From the NCBI GenBank assembly GCA_963677815.1, contig OY782499.1, positions 536,147 through 600,146 of the forward strand: a DNA stretch of 64,000 nucleotides. The letters run 5' to 3'. A program made the position numbers and the translations under genes. Source of the stretch: Candidatus Cloacimonadales bacterium. GTDB taxonomy: Bacteria; Cloacimonadota; Cloacimonadia; Cloacimonadales; JAFGVF01. Of the stretch, positions 25,818 to 37,340 are shown one piece after another; positions within the stretch are counted from its first letter, which is position 1; every line of letters begins with the position of its first letter. The notes under the pieces were generated by a model. That model saw only the letters and a list, made by a program, of their open reading frames with translations, searched no databases and was not told where the DNA came from.

Positions 25818-28800
25818 ATGGAACATATAGTTAAGAAAGTAATTATGGCATCAGCTGGTACTGGTAAAACCTATCGTTTGTCTCTTGAATTTATTTCTTT
25901 GCTTCTAAAATATAAAGACTACCCAGAGTTTGATTTTAGTCAAATTATCGTTATGACTTTTACACGAAAAGCTACAGCTGAGATAAGAGAAAAAATTTTG
26001 GATTTCCTCTATACTTTAGCTAATGACGAAAAAGAATCTGAGATAATTATTAAAAATCTGAAGAAAATAAGTGGCTATGTTTGGAATGAATCAGATAGGT
26101 CTTATATCAAGAATCATCTTTTGACTGAGATACTACAAAGAAAGGATTTGCTTCAAGTCTCTACTATAGATTCATTTACTACAAACATTTTCAAAAGCAT
26201 GATAGCACCCTACTTAAGAATAAAAGATTTTTCTATTGATAATAATTCTAATGATGAGATTGTACCTCTTCTTCTAGACTATATTTTCTCTCAAGATGTA
26301 TTTCCTCTCTTTGAACCTCTGCTTATTCGTTTAAAAACAAGGACTGTTGAAGGAACTCAAGGTTTTATTAGGTCTTTAATCAATAATCGTTGGATTTTAG
26401 ATTATTATGAAAATGGTTCTATGACAGGTCTTTTCAGCCAAGCCCTTAATCTTGATAAGAAAATGCTCGAAGAACTAAAAGAAAGAAATTGGAAAATATT
26501 CAAAGAGACATATATGGGTATAGTTGAAGAATATAATAACTTAGTTTATGAAAGTGAGAATAAGCCCTGGCATAAACATATTCGTAAAGACTATAAGAAT
26601 ATGCTACATCTTGATGAAAACCTGCAAATAAGTGTTACTAGTGTTATGGAAACTCTTTTAGACAATCCTCAAGAAGTAATCAGGAAGATTAAAGTATTCT
26701 TTGATACCCCTATGCCTTTCCCAAAATCAAGAAAAAAAGCTCTTAAAGAAGTCTTCGAGCAATTCGAAAGACAATTCCTTGACCTATTACCAGCCTTAGC
26801 TGATTATTATCTCATAGCTGAACTTCTCACCAAAGAACAAGAAGTTCTAACAGGTTGGAAAAGCCTCTGCCAACAGTATGATAAGTTAAAATTCTCCTTA
26901 GGTAAATTTACTTACAACGATATTACTTTTTATAGCTATAAGTATTTATATGAAGAATCTTTATCATTAATTGATAGAGAGGAAGGAATAGTAACTAACC
27001 TTTTTTATGAACAACTAGTTTCTAGAATCCGTTTCTTGCTAATAGACGAATTTCAAGATACATCTTTTAATCAATTTTCTATACTTATGCCAATCATTAA
27101 TGAGCTTGTAAGTGGATATTCTGTTAAAGATTATTCAGGTGTAATTATTGTTGGAGACCCTAAGCAATCTATTTACGGTTGGAGAGGCGGAGAACGGGGA
27201 ATCATGGAAACTATGCCAAAGAAACTAGGAGTAGTAGCCGAAGACCTGAGTCAGTGTTACCGTTCTACCAGGCCAGTTATAGATATGGTAAATCATATTT
27301 TTACAAATGAAGACTTCCAAAATTCTTTTGCTTCAGACAACCAAGCTTGGGTCTATTCTCCTGTAACAGCTAAGAACTGGGATGAAAATAAGCAGATGTA
27401 TAGGGAGGATAAGGAAGAAGGTGGAGAATTATTCTACTGGGAATTTAATAATCAAATGCAGGAGAGTCAGGATTCTGATGAAGATTCTGAGGCTAATGAA
27501 AATGATAATATAACAAATTCTTATGCCCTTTTTGCTGAACAAATCAAGTTATTGCATCAACAAGGAAAAATTACTTGGGGAGAAACTGCAATTTTAGTTA
27601 GAACTCATACAGATGCAGATAATATAACCAATGAACTTAATAAATTGAATATTCCTAACAATATTGAATCTTCTGGAAAACTTTTAGAACATAAAGCAGT
27701 TGAACTACTATTAACCCTTCTCAAATTTCGCCTATTAAAGGATAGGTTCTCTCTCCTAGAAATTCTACGATCTGATTTGATTATGCTTGATGGAAACTCT
27801 CTAAAAGATCTACTAAAAATCTATCATGCTCAAGGTTATGATTTGGATAAAAAGACCGAATTTGAACTTATTTATAATATTCCTCAAGTTAAAAGCTTGT
27901 TTGATTTTATTAATAAAGACTACACTTGTCAGTCGCATTTCTTAAGAGAATTTATTAAGAATTATGATTTTAGCCGTATTTGTTCAAATGAAATTGATTG
28001 GAAAAATGTATATACTTTTATCGAGCTGGTTATAAGCTTTGAATTAGCTAAACTAAATACTTCAGTTTTTGATTTATTTAGCTTTTTAGATTACTGCCAA
28101 AAACAGATTAAAAGTGATAGTGAAATTCTCCAAGAAGGATTGCAGATAGAAGATAGTATTTCAATTTTAACAGTTCATAAATCAAAAGGACTAGGCTTTA
28201 AAAATGTATTTCTCTACTGGAAGTTGTCTAATAAAAAAGCTCCTAACTTAGGAGATGAATTCAAAATAGTTTATTCCTTCGACAGACAAACTTATTTAAA
28301 TCTGACAGACTTCATAATCTACTCAACTTCTTTGGATGAAAAGGTCCTTAATCTCTCCAACTCAAATGACTTAATGCAAGATTACTTGGATAGAAATATT
28401 ATCGAAGCTATTGATGTCTTCTATGTTGCACTGACTAGAGCAGAACAGAAGCTAGGTCTATTCTTTAGTTATTCTAGTAAGAGTGATTTTACTAATTATC
28501 TAGCTTCCTTGAAAAATGAAGCCTACATTATAGGATTATTAGTAATAGCCTACAAAGAATTCTTTGTTAAGCATGATGGAGAAAACTTATCTTCTGACAG
28601 TCTGGCCTATTATCATTATCTTAAAGAATCTACTCTTGAAAAAGAAGAGACAGCTTTAACTAAACAAGAGCCTGACCATGTAAACTATCTGAAAAACTTC
28701 TTAACAGATTATTCACTTCCAAAATTTCAAGAAAATCAGCATAAAGAAAATCTCAAGAAAATATATCTTGAAGATAGACACCAGTTATATGGCAATGTAG

Positions 28801-29231
28801 CTCATGAATTCCTTACCTATATTACATATGTAGATAAAGAAGATAATTGTCCAGATAAAGCCCAATTTAAAATGGGTAAAAACATGGTTTACCGTAAATT
28901 CGGAAGTTTGCTATCTCAAAAAGAATTGGAAGATGTTATTAACTCTTGCTTAGTCTTTATTCAAAATAATCAGCAAATATTCTCACAAAAATGGGATAAA
29001 GTTTTCACGGAAAAGACTGTTTTTAAGAATAGCCAAGAATATCGTATTGATAGAATTATGGTCAATTCTAACAATAAAAAAATTATGATAATAGATTATA
29101 AAACTGGTGGTATAAATGATGAAAATCAAGTTCAACACTATATTGATATTATTAGTGATTTAGCCTTTGTAAAAGCTGAGGGATATGAGGTAAAAGGACT
29201 CTTTCTTACCATCCCCATATCTTTTACTTGA
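25818..29231 (+). CDS. addA: AddA/UvrD-like ATP-dependent helicase-nuclease
   Basis: Walker A is ASAGTGKTY and motif II is LIDEFQDTS. It also has VGDPKQSIYGWRG, VHKSKGLGF and a C-terminal RecB-type nuclease (IDRIMV...IIDYKTG). Confidence 0.75.
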   Translation: MEHIVKKVIMASAGTGKTYRLSLEFISLLLKYKDYPEFDFSQIIVMTFTRKATAEIREKILDFLYTLANDEKESEIIIKNLKKISGYVWNESDRSYIKNHLLTEILQRKDLLQVSTIDSFTTNIFKSMIAPYLRIKDFSIDNNSNDEIVPLLLDYIFSQDVFPLFEPLLIRLKTRTVEGTQGFIRSLINNRWILDYYENGSMTGLFSQALNLDKKMLEELKERNWKIFKETYMGIVEEYNNLVYESENKPWHKHIRKDYKNMLHLDENLQISVTSVMETLLDNPQEVIRKIKVFFDTPMPFPKSRKKALKEVFEQFERQFLDLLPALADYYLIAELLTKEQEVLTGWKSLCQQYDKLKFSLGKFTYNDITFYSYKYLYEESLSLIDREEGIVTNLFYEQLVSRIRFLLIDEFQDTSFNQFSILMPIINELVSGYSVKDYSGVIIVGDPKQSIYGWRGGERGIMETMPKKLGVVAEDLSQCYRSTRPVIDMVNHIFTNEDFQNSFASDNQAWVYSPVTAKNWDENKQMYREDKEEGGELFYWEFNNQMQESQDSDEDSEANENDNITNSYALFAEQIKLLHQQGKITWGETAILVRTHTDADNITNELNKLNIPNNIESSGKLLEHKAVELLLTLLKFRLLKDRFSLLEILRSDLIMLDGNSLKDLLKIYHAQGYDLDKKTEFELIYNIPQVKSLFDFINKDYTCQSHFLREFIKNYDFSRICSNEIDWKNVYTFIELVISFELAKLNTSVFDLFSFLDYCQKQIKSDSEILQEGLQIEDSISILTVHKSKGLGFKNVFLYWKLSNKKAPNLGDEFKIVYSFDRQTYLNLTDFIIYSTSLDEKVLNLSNSNDLMQDYLDRNIIEAIDVFYVALTRAEQKLGLFFSYSSKSDFTNYLASLKNEAYIIGLLVIAYKEFFVKHDGENLSSDSLAYYHYLKESTLEKEETALTKQEPDHVNYLKNFLTDYSLPKFQENQHKENLKKIYLEDRHQLYGNVAHEFLTYITYVDKEDNCPDKAQFKMGKNMVYRKFGSLLSQKELEDVINSCLVFIQNNQQIFSQKWDKVFTEKTVFKNSQEYRIDRIMVNSNNKKIMIIDYKTGGINDENQVQHYIDIISDLAFVKAEGYEVKGLFLTIPISFT

Positions 29232-29263
29232 CATATAAAAGACCATTAACAAAGTTGTTTTTG

Positions 29264-29356
29264 TCAGGTCCGGTGCAACTTTAACCCTCGAACCATGTCA
29301 GGTCAGGAATGAAGCAGCATTAAGAGGTGCTTAAAGTGTGCAACCGGTAGCCTGGC
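29264..29356 (+). ncRNA. ffs: Signal recognition particle RNA (small, 4.5S-type)
   Basis: Has the conserved domain IV core gtcaggtcaGGAAtgaagcagc (GGAA tetraloop plus the AGCAGC symmetric-loop strand). The 5' gtcaggtccgg pairs with the 3' ccggtagcctggc. A T7 run follows. Confidence 0.8.
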
Positions 29357-29493
29357 TTTTTTTATATCCAATTTTATAAAAACCCACTTATAACAAGATT
29401 ATTCCCAAACACAAGAAAAAAATATCGAAAAAAACTTGCCAAAAAAGCAATTCCTACTAAATTAGTATATAATACTAAATAAAAGGATGAAAG

Positions 29494-29910
29494 ATGCAGT
29501 TAACAACAAAAACTGAATACTCTGTAAGAGCTTTGGTAACCCTAAGTGAAAGTGTAGATTCATTAAAATCTATTAATGAAATTTGTACCAAACAAAATTT
29601 ACCAAAGAAGTACGTTGAACAACTCTTTAGAAAGCTAAAAAAACAGTCTGTTATTGCTAGTGTATCAGGTTCAAAAGGTGGGTATTATTTAAAAACACCT
29701 GCAAAGGAAATTACCTTAGGCACAATTATGGAGATTGTAGAAAATCATCCTTATGAAGTAAGTTGCGAAAGGAACTCCGTTGAACTAGAATACTGTCAAG
29801 TAGAGAATTGTCAGTATAGACACCTTTGGCATGAAATATATGGAAATATTAAAGATTATCTTAATACAATAAGCTTAGAAAATATAAAAGAAAGGATAGA
29901 TAAGGAGTAA
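29494..29910 (+). CDS. Rrf2-family transcriptional regulator (IscR-like)
   Basis: Has an N-terminal wHTH of Rrf2 type (MQLTTKTEYSVRALVTL) and C-terminal Cys residues (SCERN...YCQVENCQ). It is the first gene of a nifS-iscU operon. Confidence 0.8.
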   Translation: MQLTTKTEYSVRALVTLSESVDSLKSINEICTKQNLPKKYVEQLFRKLKKQSVIASVSGSKGGYYLKTPAKEITLGTIMEIVENHPYEVSCERNSVELEYCQVENCQYRHLWHEIYGNIKDYLNTISLENIKERIDKE

Positions 29911-29913
29911 GGG

Positions 29914-31095
29914 ATGGAAAACAAGAGAATTTACTTAGATAATTGTGTCACAACAAAACCAGACCCTCAAATATTCGATGTAATGAGAGATTTTTGGGAG
30001 AATGAATATTGGTATCCTGCAAATTTCTTCACAGCAGGAGAAGAAATTAATGCAAAATTAGATAATTTCAAAAGAACATTTGCTCAAACTATCAAAGCTC
30101 AAGCTAATGAAATCCACTTCACAAGAGGTGGTACTTCTGCTAATAATATAGCTATTAAAGGTCTCTTAATGGCTAATTCTCAAAAAGGTACTCACATAAT
30201 CTGTTCTGTTGTTGATTATCCTGATATTCTTACTAATTATGCCTTTTTTGAAAAGAGCGGTTTTGAAGTTACCTATCTAAGCCCAGATGAAAATGGTTAT
30301 GTCTCAGCTGATAAGCTCAAAGATGCTATTAGACCAGATACTATTCTCTTTTCAACAACTTGGGTTAATCATGTTGTTGGAACTATTCAACCTCTTGCAG
30401 AATATTCTCAAGTTCTAAAAGAGGCCGACCATAAAATATATATGCATGTTGATGCAGGTCAAGCTTATGGTAAATTCCCAATGGATATGAACAATGTTGC
30501 TATTGATACTATGTCTGTTTCAGGCCATAAGATTCATGGACCTCAAGGTGTTGGTTTCTTATATAAGAGGACAAAAACTCCTCTTGCTCAAGTTGTGCAT
30601 GGAGTTAATCGAGTTGATAACTTAGAAACAGGAGGGATTAACATTGCTTCCCTAGCTGGTTTTGCTAAGGCTGCTGAAATTACTTTTGCTGACCTAGATT
30701 CAACTACTAGTAAAATAAGAGAGTTATCTGACTACTTACTAAACAGACTTATGACAGAGATTCCTGACGTGGAGCTTAATGGTGCACCAGGTTTAGGCAG
30801 AGCATGTCATAATGTTAATGTTTCAATTGATTACATTGAAGGTGAAGCAATGGGAATGATGCTTGATTTACAAGGAATTACTGCAGCCACTGGTTCAGCC
30901 TGTGCTTCCCAAGGCTTAAAACCAAGTTATGTACTTATGGCTATGGGTAAAAATCATATGCAATCACATGGATCAATGAAGTTTACCCTTAGTAAATATA
31001 CCAGCAAAGAAGAATTAGATATTACAGTTGATAAATTAAAAGAAATTGTTGTTGAACTTAGAAAGAGAAGTCCATTATATCAAGAAAATAAATAG
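29914..31095 (+). CDS. nifS: Cysteine desulfurase (NifS/IscS class)
   Basis: The PLP lysine motif SVSGHKIHGPQG and the active-site loop ATGSACAS are both present. Confidence 0.9.
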   Translation: MENKRIYLDNCVTTKPDPQIFDVMRDFWENEYWYPANFFTAGEEINAKLDNFKRTFAQTIKAQANEIHFTRGGTSANNIAIKGLLMANSQKGTHIICSVVDYPDILTNYAFFEKSGFEVTYLSPDENGYVSADKLKDAIRPDTILFSTTWVNHVVGTIQPLAEYSQVLKEADHKIYMHVDAGQAYGKFPMDMNNVAIDTMSVSGHKIHGPQGVGFLYKRTKTPLAQVVHGVNRVDNLETGGINIASLAGFAKAAEITFADLDSTTSKIRELSDYLLNRLMTEIPDVELNGAPGLGRACHNVNVSIDYIEGEAMGMMLDLQGITAATGSACASQGLKPSYVLMAMGKNHMQSHGSMKFTLSKYTSKEELDITVDKLKEIVVELRKRSPLYQENK

Positions 31096-31113
31096 ATAAA
31101 TATAGAGGAAATT

Positions 31114-31734
31114 ATGCAATATTCACAAAAAGTTTTAGACCATTTTATGAAGCCTCACAATGTAGGTGAGATAAAAGATGCTGATGCTGTTGCAACTGAA
31201 GGTTCTCCAGCTTGTGGAGACCAAGTAACAGTTTACTTAAAAATTAATGATGAAACTAAAGTTATTGAAGATATCAAGTTCAAATCTTATGGCTGTGCTT
31301 CCAATATAGCAACTGGTTCTATGATAACAGATATGGCAATGGGTAAAACCATTGATGAGGCCTTAGAAATAACTTGGAGAGAAGCAATGGAAGAGTTAGA
31401 TGGTTTACCTCCAACAAAAGCCCACTGTTCAGTGCTAGCAGCCGACACTCTTCACCAAGCTATCAAAAATTATCAAATTTCCCATGGTTTAAGAAAGATT
31501 GAAGACTTTTCCAAGGAAACTATTATTGATGAACTTAAACACGTTATTTACCCGCAAGTCGGAGAAGATATTGTTACCTTAAAAATGGTTAAATATGTAG
31601 GCTTTGATGATGGTGTTGCTATTATTGATATTGAGATACCATCTTTTGATAAATATAGAGAAAATGTAGCTGAAGAAATCCGTGAACACTTAGAGAAGTA
31701 TGATCAGATTAAAGATTTACAGATAAATATGTAA
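31114..31734 (+). CDS. iscU: Fe-S scaffold IscU/NifU N-terminal domain fused to a DUF59/MIP18-like C-terminal domain
   Basis: Three scaffold cysteines are present (GSPACGD, SYGCASNIA, KAHCSVLA). The C-terminal ~70 aa (IIDELKHVIYPQVGEDIVTLKMVKYVGF...) resembles DUF59. Confidence 0.8.
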   Translation: MQYSQKVLDHFMKPHNVGEIKDADAVATEGSPACGDQVTVYLKINDETKVIEDIKFKSYGCASNIATGSMITDMAMGKTIDEALEITWREAMEELDGLPPTKAHCSVLAADTLHQAIKNYQISHGLRKIEDFSKETIIDELKHVIYPQVGEDIVTLKMVKYVGFDDGVAIIDIEIPSFDKYRENVAEEIREHLEKYDQIKDLQINM

Positions 31735-31792
31735 TACATTAATCCAAAATAAATCAATAAGACTTAATTGCCATAGAAGGCGAAACAAATAA

Positions 31793-31822
31793 AGGGTTCC
31801 TCATAAAGGAACCCTGTTTATA
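31793..31822. terminator. Bidirectional terminator between iscU and eno
   Basis: The stem agggttcc/ggaaccct has loop tcataaa. T-rich tracts follow on both strands. Confidence 0.75.
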
Positions 31823-31834
31823 TAGTATTTTCTA

Positions 31835-33130
<1,296 letters not shown>

Positions 33131-33149
33131 TTATTTATCTTTTTGTGTA

Positions 33150-34100
33150 TTAACTTTGGTTAACACTAAAAATTTCTTTCATTGTCTTTACTGAACCTAG
33201 CATGGCTGTTGCTTCATAAGGAACAACAACAGTCTTATCACCTTGTTTAACAATATGTTGAAATGCTTCAACATATTTTAAGGCTATTTGATATTGAGCT
33301 GGGTCCATTGAAGTTTGCTTCATAGCCTCTGCTATTAGTTCAATAGCTTTCTTTTCAGCATCAGCTACTAATAATCTAGCTTCAGCTTTACCTTCAGCTT
33401 CGAGCACCTTAGATTTCTTGTTACCTTCAGCTACTTTAATAGCAGATTCTCTTTCTCCATCTGCTTGTAAGATTTTTGCCCTTCTGTCTCTTTCAGCTCT
33501 CATCTGCTTTTCCATAGCTGCTTTGATTTCTTGAGGTGGGTCTATATCTTGCAATTCAACACGATTAACTTTCACTCCCCATTTATCAGTAGCTTCATCA
33601 AGAATCATACGAAGCTTACTATTTACAGTGTCCCTAGATGTCAAGGTTTTATCTAAATCAAGTTCACCAATAACGTTACGAAGCGTTGTTTGTGTGAGCT
33701 TTTCAATAGCTTGAGGAAGGTTTCTAATCTCATAAGTTGCTTTGTATGGATCAGTAATTTGGAAATATAAAAGGGCATTAATATTTATCGTTACATTATC
33801 GCTAGTAATAACATTCTGACGAGGGAAATCATAAACTGTTTCTCTCAAATCAATCCTATGTTCTGTTTTTTCTGAAATATAATTTTGTCCTTTGAAATCT
33901 GTTTTGATATTTCTCCAAGTAATAGGTCTTTTCTGATCTAAAATAGGTACTATTAAATGAAGCCCACTTTGAAGTGTTCTACTATATGTACCTAATCTCT
34001 CTATTATAACAACTTCTGCTTGCCTTACAATTATAATACCCTTAGCTATTATAATCACTATTAATATAACAATGACTGCTACTGCTAATAAAGCTTCCAT
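33150..34100 (-). CDS. SPFH/Band-7 (stomatin/prohibitin-like) membrane protein
   Basis: Has an N-terminal TM helix, SPFH core sequence, and a coiled-coil A/E/K-rich region. It is paired with an upstream NfeD gene. Confidence 0.85.
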   Translation of the reverse strand: MEALLAVAVIVILIVIIIAKGIIIVRQAEVVIIERLGTYSRTLQSGLHLIVPILDQKRPITWRNIKTDFKGQNYISEKTEHRIDLRETVYDFPRQNVITSDNVTININALLYFQITDPYKATYEIRNLPQAIEKLTQTTLRNVIGELDLDKTLTSRDTVNSKLRMILDEATDKWGVKVNRVELQDIDPPQEIKAAMEKQMRAERDRRAKILQADGERESAIKVAEGNKKSKVLEAEGKAEARLLVADAEKKAIELIAEAMKQTSMDPAQYQIALKYVEAFQHIVKQGDKTVVVPYEATAMLGSVKTMKEIFSVNQS

Positions 34101-34112
34101 TTTTTCCTCCTC

Positions 34113-34544
34113 TTATAATTTCTTAACTATTAATTTATTACCTTCTATCTTGAGAACCTCAACCTTGTCACCATTACTTGCTTGAGAATTATCTTCTAGT
34201 AATGCAGACCAGATTTCACCACCAACTTTAACTTGTCCTCTTCCATCTTGTGGGATAGCATCAACTACTAGACCCTTCTGCCCCACTAAAGCATATACAT
34301 TTGTTTCTACTTTATTCTTTTTTAAGAGTTTCTCATAAACTTTTCTCATAAGTAGAAATACTACAAAAGATATTATACCGAAAATTAGAATTTGCAACCA
34401 TATTGGTGCTCCAAGACTTGAAATTGGACTTGTTATTAAGCCTCCAATACCTAGACTTATGAAAAAAACTGCAGGGTCAAATATTTCAATTATTATACAT
34501 AAGACACCAATTATTAACCAAATTAGCCAAGCTTCTATTACCAT
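34113..34544 (-). CDS. NfeD-family membrane protein
   Basis: Has TM helices plus a C-terminal OB-like GQVKVGGEIWSA motif. I moved the start to the ATG at 34544, which has AAGGAG upstream. The track start at 34574 lacks an SD. Confidence 0.8.
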   Translation of the reverse strand: MVIEAWLIWLIIGVLCIIIEIFDPAVFFISLGIGGLITSPISSLGAPIWLQILIFGIISFVVFLLMRKVYEKLLKKNKVETNVYALVGQKGLVVDAIPQDGRGQVKVGGEIWSALLEDNSQASNGDKVEVLKIEGNKLIVKKL

Positions 34545-34603
34545 ACTTGCTCCTTTTAAAATAATAACCGACATAAGCCGGTTATTATCAATTGTGTTAA
34601 TTG

Positions 34604-35518
34604 TTATTTCTCAGACGACTTATCAACGTCTCCTTTGTCCTTATCTTTATAGACACGTTTTACATGCCGTTTTCTACCATAATTATAGCCATAGCCACTA
34701 TAATTTCCATACTTATATCCTTTACTATAATAATTACCATATAATTGACTTGTTTGAGCTCCCACAATACCTAATACTTTAAATATTAGTCTTGAACCCA
34801 ATACGATTAATGGAACTGCTAAGGCTAAAATACCAAAAGCAATAATAAACTGTTTTGCTAGGCCTTCAGCATACTTAGATGAAGAAACTCCCTTTTTGAA
34901 GTTTTCTGAAAAAGCTATTAAGTAGAGATCATAATCTTTGTTTTGAAGGGAATATTTTAAACTATTCAATCTCTTAATCTGATTGTTTGTTTCTTCAATA
35001 TCTTGAGTATATCCTTTAATGTTAGGATTTTCTCTTCTTAATTTTTCTAAATTTTTGATTTTCTCTTGCATTACTACTAAGCTATCATTATAAGCTTCAA
35101 TTGAACCAGAACTTAAAGCAGTTGAGTAGTCACTTGAAAATTTAATAAGATTTGCATCTGCTTTAACTCTAGTATTAAATTCTTTTGTTTCACTTACAGG
35201 AACTCTAACAATGTACTCATACTTAGATAAAATTGAACCACGATGTTTTTCTACATATTCAGGCAAGAAATCAAGACCTTCAATAAAAGTATCATAATCT
35301 TTTACTTCTAGAGCCATTTGGAAAATAGCGTTATAGTTTGATCTTTTTGCACTATCCCATCTGTATAAGAGTTCGTCTTGGAGGTTAGCAGTTGTCTTAG
35401 CTCCTCTATATTCTGAGGTTGCGAAAGGCAAACCTACTCTCCAAAAAGCGTATGCTAAGGCTGACAAAATCATGAAAATTATAATTATCTTAGTATTTTT
35501 GTAACTTCTTCTACTCAC
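34604..35518 (-). CDS. Membrane protein with central coiled coil and a Gly/Tyr-rich basic tail (DUF4349-like, tentative)
   Basis: Has N- and C-terminal TM segments. The tail is GNYYSKGYKYGNYSGYGYNYGRKRH. No catalytic motif was recognised. Confidence 0.45.
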   Translation of the reverse strand: MSRRSYKNTKIIIIFMILSALAYAFWRVGLPFATSEYRGAKTTANLQDELLYRWDSAKRSNYNAIFQMALEVKDYDTFIEGLDFLPEYVEKHRGSILSKYEYIVRVPVSETKEFNTRVKADANLIKFSSDYSTALSSGSIEAYNDSLVVMQEKIKNLEKLRRENPNIKGYTQDIEETNNQIKRLNSLKYSLQNKDYDLYLIAFSENFKKGVSSSKYAEGLAKQFIIAFGILALAVPLIVLGSRLIFKVLGIVGAQTSQLYGNYYSKGYKYGNYSGYGYNYGRKRHVKRVYKDKDKGDVDKSSEK

Positions 35519-35657
35519 ATTCTCTCCTTCTCATTTAACATAAAATAAAACATATCCAAGAATAATCATTAATCTAATACTTGTCAATTATATTTTGAAT
35601 AATTTCTATTAACTTTACTTTTTTTATATTTTTATACTTCAGCTTTTAAATTTATTT

Positions 35658-37340
35658 CTATTGCTTCTTCAATATTTCTTTAGCATGTTTCAGGGAAGTT
35701 TCACTAGTTGTTCCAGCCAGCATTCTAGAAATTTCGAGTTCTCTATCCTTCTTGTTTAATCCTTCTATTGCTATCTCTGTTTTATCTGAAATTATCTTCT
35801 TTACTATTTTGAAATGACTTGTTGCTCTAGCTGCAACTTGGGGTAAATGTGTAATACAGATAATTTGATGTTTATGTCCAATTCGAGCAATATAATCAGC
35901 TATATAAAGGGCTGTGTTTCCCCCGATACCAACATCAATCTCATCAAAAATAATTGTTCTAGCCAAAAGCTTATCAGCTAAAATTTTCTTTAAAGCCAAT
36001 AACATTCTTGATAATTCTCCGCCAGAAGCAGAATCTTTCAAAGGTTGAAGTTCCACCCCTAAATTAGCAGAAAACAAAAGATTAATCTTATCGTAGCCCA
36101 TAGCAGTCATATCTTTTAATTTATTAACTGAAGACACAGTGTTAAATTCAAATTTAACCTTAGCATTAGCAAGGGATAGATGTTCAATGTTTTCTTCTAT
36201 CTGTTTTTTTAACTTTTCAGCATTTCCTTTCCTTAAATCAGATACTTCATCTGCTAAACTTAATAACTTAATTTCCATATCAGAAATTATATCTTTTTGC
36301 TTTGAAATATCCTTTGCTAATGCTGTTTTATTTAGGAGAAATTCATTTATTTCATTATAGTAGTCAAGTAATAATTGGACACTATTAACATGATATTTGC
36401 TTTTAATTCCTTCAATTTGCTTTATTCTTTCTTCAACAAGAGTCAACCTCTCTTGATCTAAAGATACTATATCCTCTACTTCTCTCAAACTTGTAATACC
36501 GTCTTCTATAAGTGATTTAGCATCATGAAAGAAATCATTTGCTGTTTTAATTTGTTCTAAATCTGCAGAGAATTCATTTAGCTTATTTAAAGTAATAGAT
36601 AATCTATCAATTAAAGAATTTTCGCTTTCATATAAATCCTGGATTGTTTCACGGCTAATAGTCAGAATATTCTCAGCATTAACCAAAACATTGTATTCAT
36701 GATCAAGCTCTTCCACTTCATCTACTCTAAGATTAAGTTCTTCTATTTCAGCTACTTGATATTCATATAATTTAGTTTTCTCTTCTAGTTCTTTATTCTT
36801 CTGAATCAGTTTCTTTAGTTTGTTTTTCTCATTTATCCAATTAGTATAATGAAGGTTAAGTTCTTCTCTCATACTATCTAATTTACCATAAGAATCTAAT
36901 ATTTGTAATTGATACTCTTGTTCATTCAAGTTCAATTGTTCATTCTGAGAATGAAAATCTAATAAGACGTCACGAAACTCTTTAATAATTGAATTTGTTA
37001 CCCTTCTCCCATTAATGAAAGAAGCAGTCTTTCCTTTAACAGATATTTCTTTAACAAAAAAGAGTTCATTTTCCTCTGTTTCTATAGAATATTTATCTAT
37101 TAGTTCACTCAATTGCCTATTAGCTTCATCTATTTCGAAATCAACTTCTAAGTAGATGTTTTTATCTTTCTCATAGAAATAATTACCCCTTACCATACCA
37201 CCTAAAACTAGATTTAATCCACCAACTAAAACAGATTTACCTGCTCCAGTTTCACCAGTGATTACATTCATTCCCTTATGAAAATTTAGTTCTAAATCCT
37301 TAATTAAGACAAAGTTTTTAAACTTTATTCTGGAAATCAT
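35658..37340 (-). CDS. recN: DNA repair protein RecN
   Basis: Walker A is GETGAGKS. It has long coiled coils and a C-terminal SGGELSR signature followed by IFDEIDVGIGG. Confidence 0.92.
   Translation of the reverse strand: MISRIKFKNFVLIKDLELNFHKGMNVITGETGAGKSVLVGGLNLVLGGMVRGNYFYEKDKNIYLEVDFEIDEANRQLSELIDKYSIETEENELFFVKEISVKGKTASFINGRRVTNSIIKEFRDVLLDFHSQNEQLNLNEQEYQLQILDSYGKLDSMREELNLHYTNWINEKNKLKKLIQKNKELEEKTKLYEYQVAEIEELNLRVDEVEELDHEYNVLVNAENILTISRETIQDLYESENSLIDRLSITLNKLNEFSADLEQIKTANDFFHDAKSLIEDGITSLREVEDIVSLDQERLTLVEERIKQIEGIKSKYHVNSVQLLLDYYNEINEFLLNKTALAKDISKQKDIISDMEIKLLSLADEVSDLRKGNAEKLKKQIEENIEHLSLANAKVKFEFNTVSSVNKLKDMTAMGYDKINLLFSANLGVELQPLKDSASGGELSRMLLALKKILADKLLARTIIFDEIDVGIGGNTALYIADYIARIGHKHQIICITHLPQVAARATSHFKIVKKIISDKTEIAIEGLNKKDRELEISRMLAGTTSETSLKHAKEILKKQ

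Noticed and set aside
23053-29231. The large nuclease plus UvrD-helicase pair as a candidate phage-defence system
   Set aside because: The domain order, sizes (920 and 1137 aa), nuclease motifs on both proteins and tight coupling match the AddAB (RexAB) recombination-repair complex. There are no accompanying defence-type genes such as methylase, OLD/ATPase, TIR or Sir2.
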